Source: Felis catus (lineage: Eukaryota). From it: DNA of 64,000 nucleotides. The translations under genes were made by a program, and so were the position numbers. The notes beneath the pieces were generated by a model. It made no database searches and was not told the origin of the DNA. It was given only the letters and a program-made list of their open reading frames with translations. Every line of letters starts with the position of its first letter. The first letter of the stretch is position 1. Where the stretch lies: positions 105,402,001 to 105,466,000 of the forward strand of contig NC_058373.1 of the NCBI RefSeq assembly GCF_018350175.1, given 5' to 3'. This document shows positions 62,990 through 64,000 of the stretch, one piece after another.

Positions 62990-63911
62990 TGTGATGGAAA
63001 AACACTTCGATGTGTTTCTCCTTTACTCTCACACCACTACCACACTTAGGACACTTCTGATATCAGATGTGGGGTTTTTCCCCACACCAGGCAATTCTCT
63101 GTGATACCAGCTGGGTGTCCTACAATTCAGTTCTGACACTAACTAGGGTTAATGCAGACCCCACAGGTTAAGAACTCACTCAGTCACACAAGACTGCCCC
63201 CCACTTAAGATATCATGGACAAGTAGTAGTTCTCCAGATTACCACAACTTCTGTCCAACTTGGCTATAGATCAAAGGTTCCCATGACCCACTCTGTGGAT
63301 TCATTCATTTCCTATAACAGCTCACAAAATTCAGGAAAATATTTGCTTATGTTTCCCAGTTTATTGTATAATAAAGGATATCATAAAGGATACAGATGAA
63401 CAGCCAGATGAAAGATACGTGGGGGAAGTCTGGAGGGGTCCTGAGCACAGGAGCTTCTGTCCCCATGGAGTTGGGGTGCACCACCTTCAGGTCCATGGGT
63501 GTGTTCACCAGACTGGAAGCTCTCTGAATCCCGTACTTCTGGGATTTTTATGGAAACTTCATCACATAAGCATAATTGATCATTAACTTAATTTCCGGCC
63601 CTTCTCCCCTCTTTGGAGAAGAGGGGGTGAGGCTGAAAATTCTAACATTCTAATCATAGTTTGGTCTTTCTTGTTACCAACCCCCATCCAGGAGCCCACC
63701 AAGATTCACCTCATTAGAACAAAAGACATTCCTATCACCCAGGAAATTCCAAAGGATTTAGGAGCTCTGTGTCAGGAATCAGGGTCAAAGACCAAATATT
63801 AGAACAAAAGATGCTCCTAGTGCTCTTATCATGTAGGAAATTACAAGGGTTTTGGGAGGTCCATGTCAGGAACTGGGGGTGGAGACCAATATATATTTTC
63901 TGTTATTTCAT
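62990..63911 (-). mobile_element. Solo LTR, MER21-like
   Basis: tgtgatgg...ca termini; gggtgtcctacaattc...ctgacactaact...gcagaccccacaggttaag; the duplicated attagaacaaaaga...aggaaatt...tcaggaa...gaccaa block matches the recalled MER21 consensus in reverse. Confidence 0.75.
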
Positions 63912-64000
63912 ATAGAAGAGATGATGTTACTCAAACTACTTAGACTTTGTAGCTTGGAAGCTCCAGGGTTCTATATGTCTGCTGTTTTGGGTCTAGTAAC

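Noticed and set aside
63712..63892. Diverged ~85-bp tandem repeat near the window end
   Set aside because: Appears to be an intrinsic duplicated block of the MER21-like LTR.

Overview
Mammalian genomic DNA, most likely cat or another felid, judged from the carnivore tRNA-derived Can-SINEs and a young felid-type subfamily. Positions 1-~2670 hold the 3' part of the terminal coding exon and the 3' UTR of DACT1 (Dapper1, a Dishevelled-binding Wnt/PCP regulator ending in the PDZ-binding motif ...LKLMTTV). The remaining ~61 kb is intergenic. It contains about 36 Can-SINEs (many with clear target-site duplications, TSDs), L1, L2, MIR and CR1 remnants, MaLR/ERVL LTRs, DNA-transposon fossils (MER47/Tigger5, MER5, MER20, MER81-like) and microsatellites. 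The short ORFs after 1507 read as repeat-derived or chance ORFs. I found no evidence of a previously undescribed biological system. The findings are modest: a GC/CpG-shifted DACT1 exon with changes in a motif I recall as conserved, 3' UTR elements, unusual SINE insertions, a CCAAT-amplified MITE, a recent perfect tandem duplication and candidate enhancers. Repeat family names and human comparisons come from recalled sequences, not from a search, and repeat boundaries are approximate.
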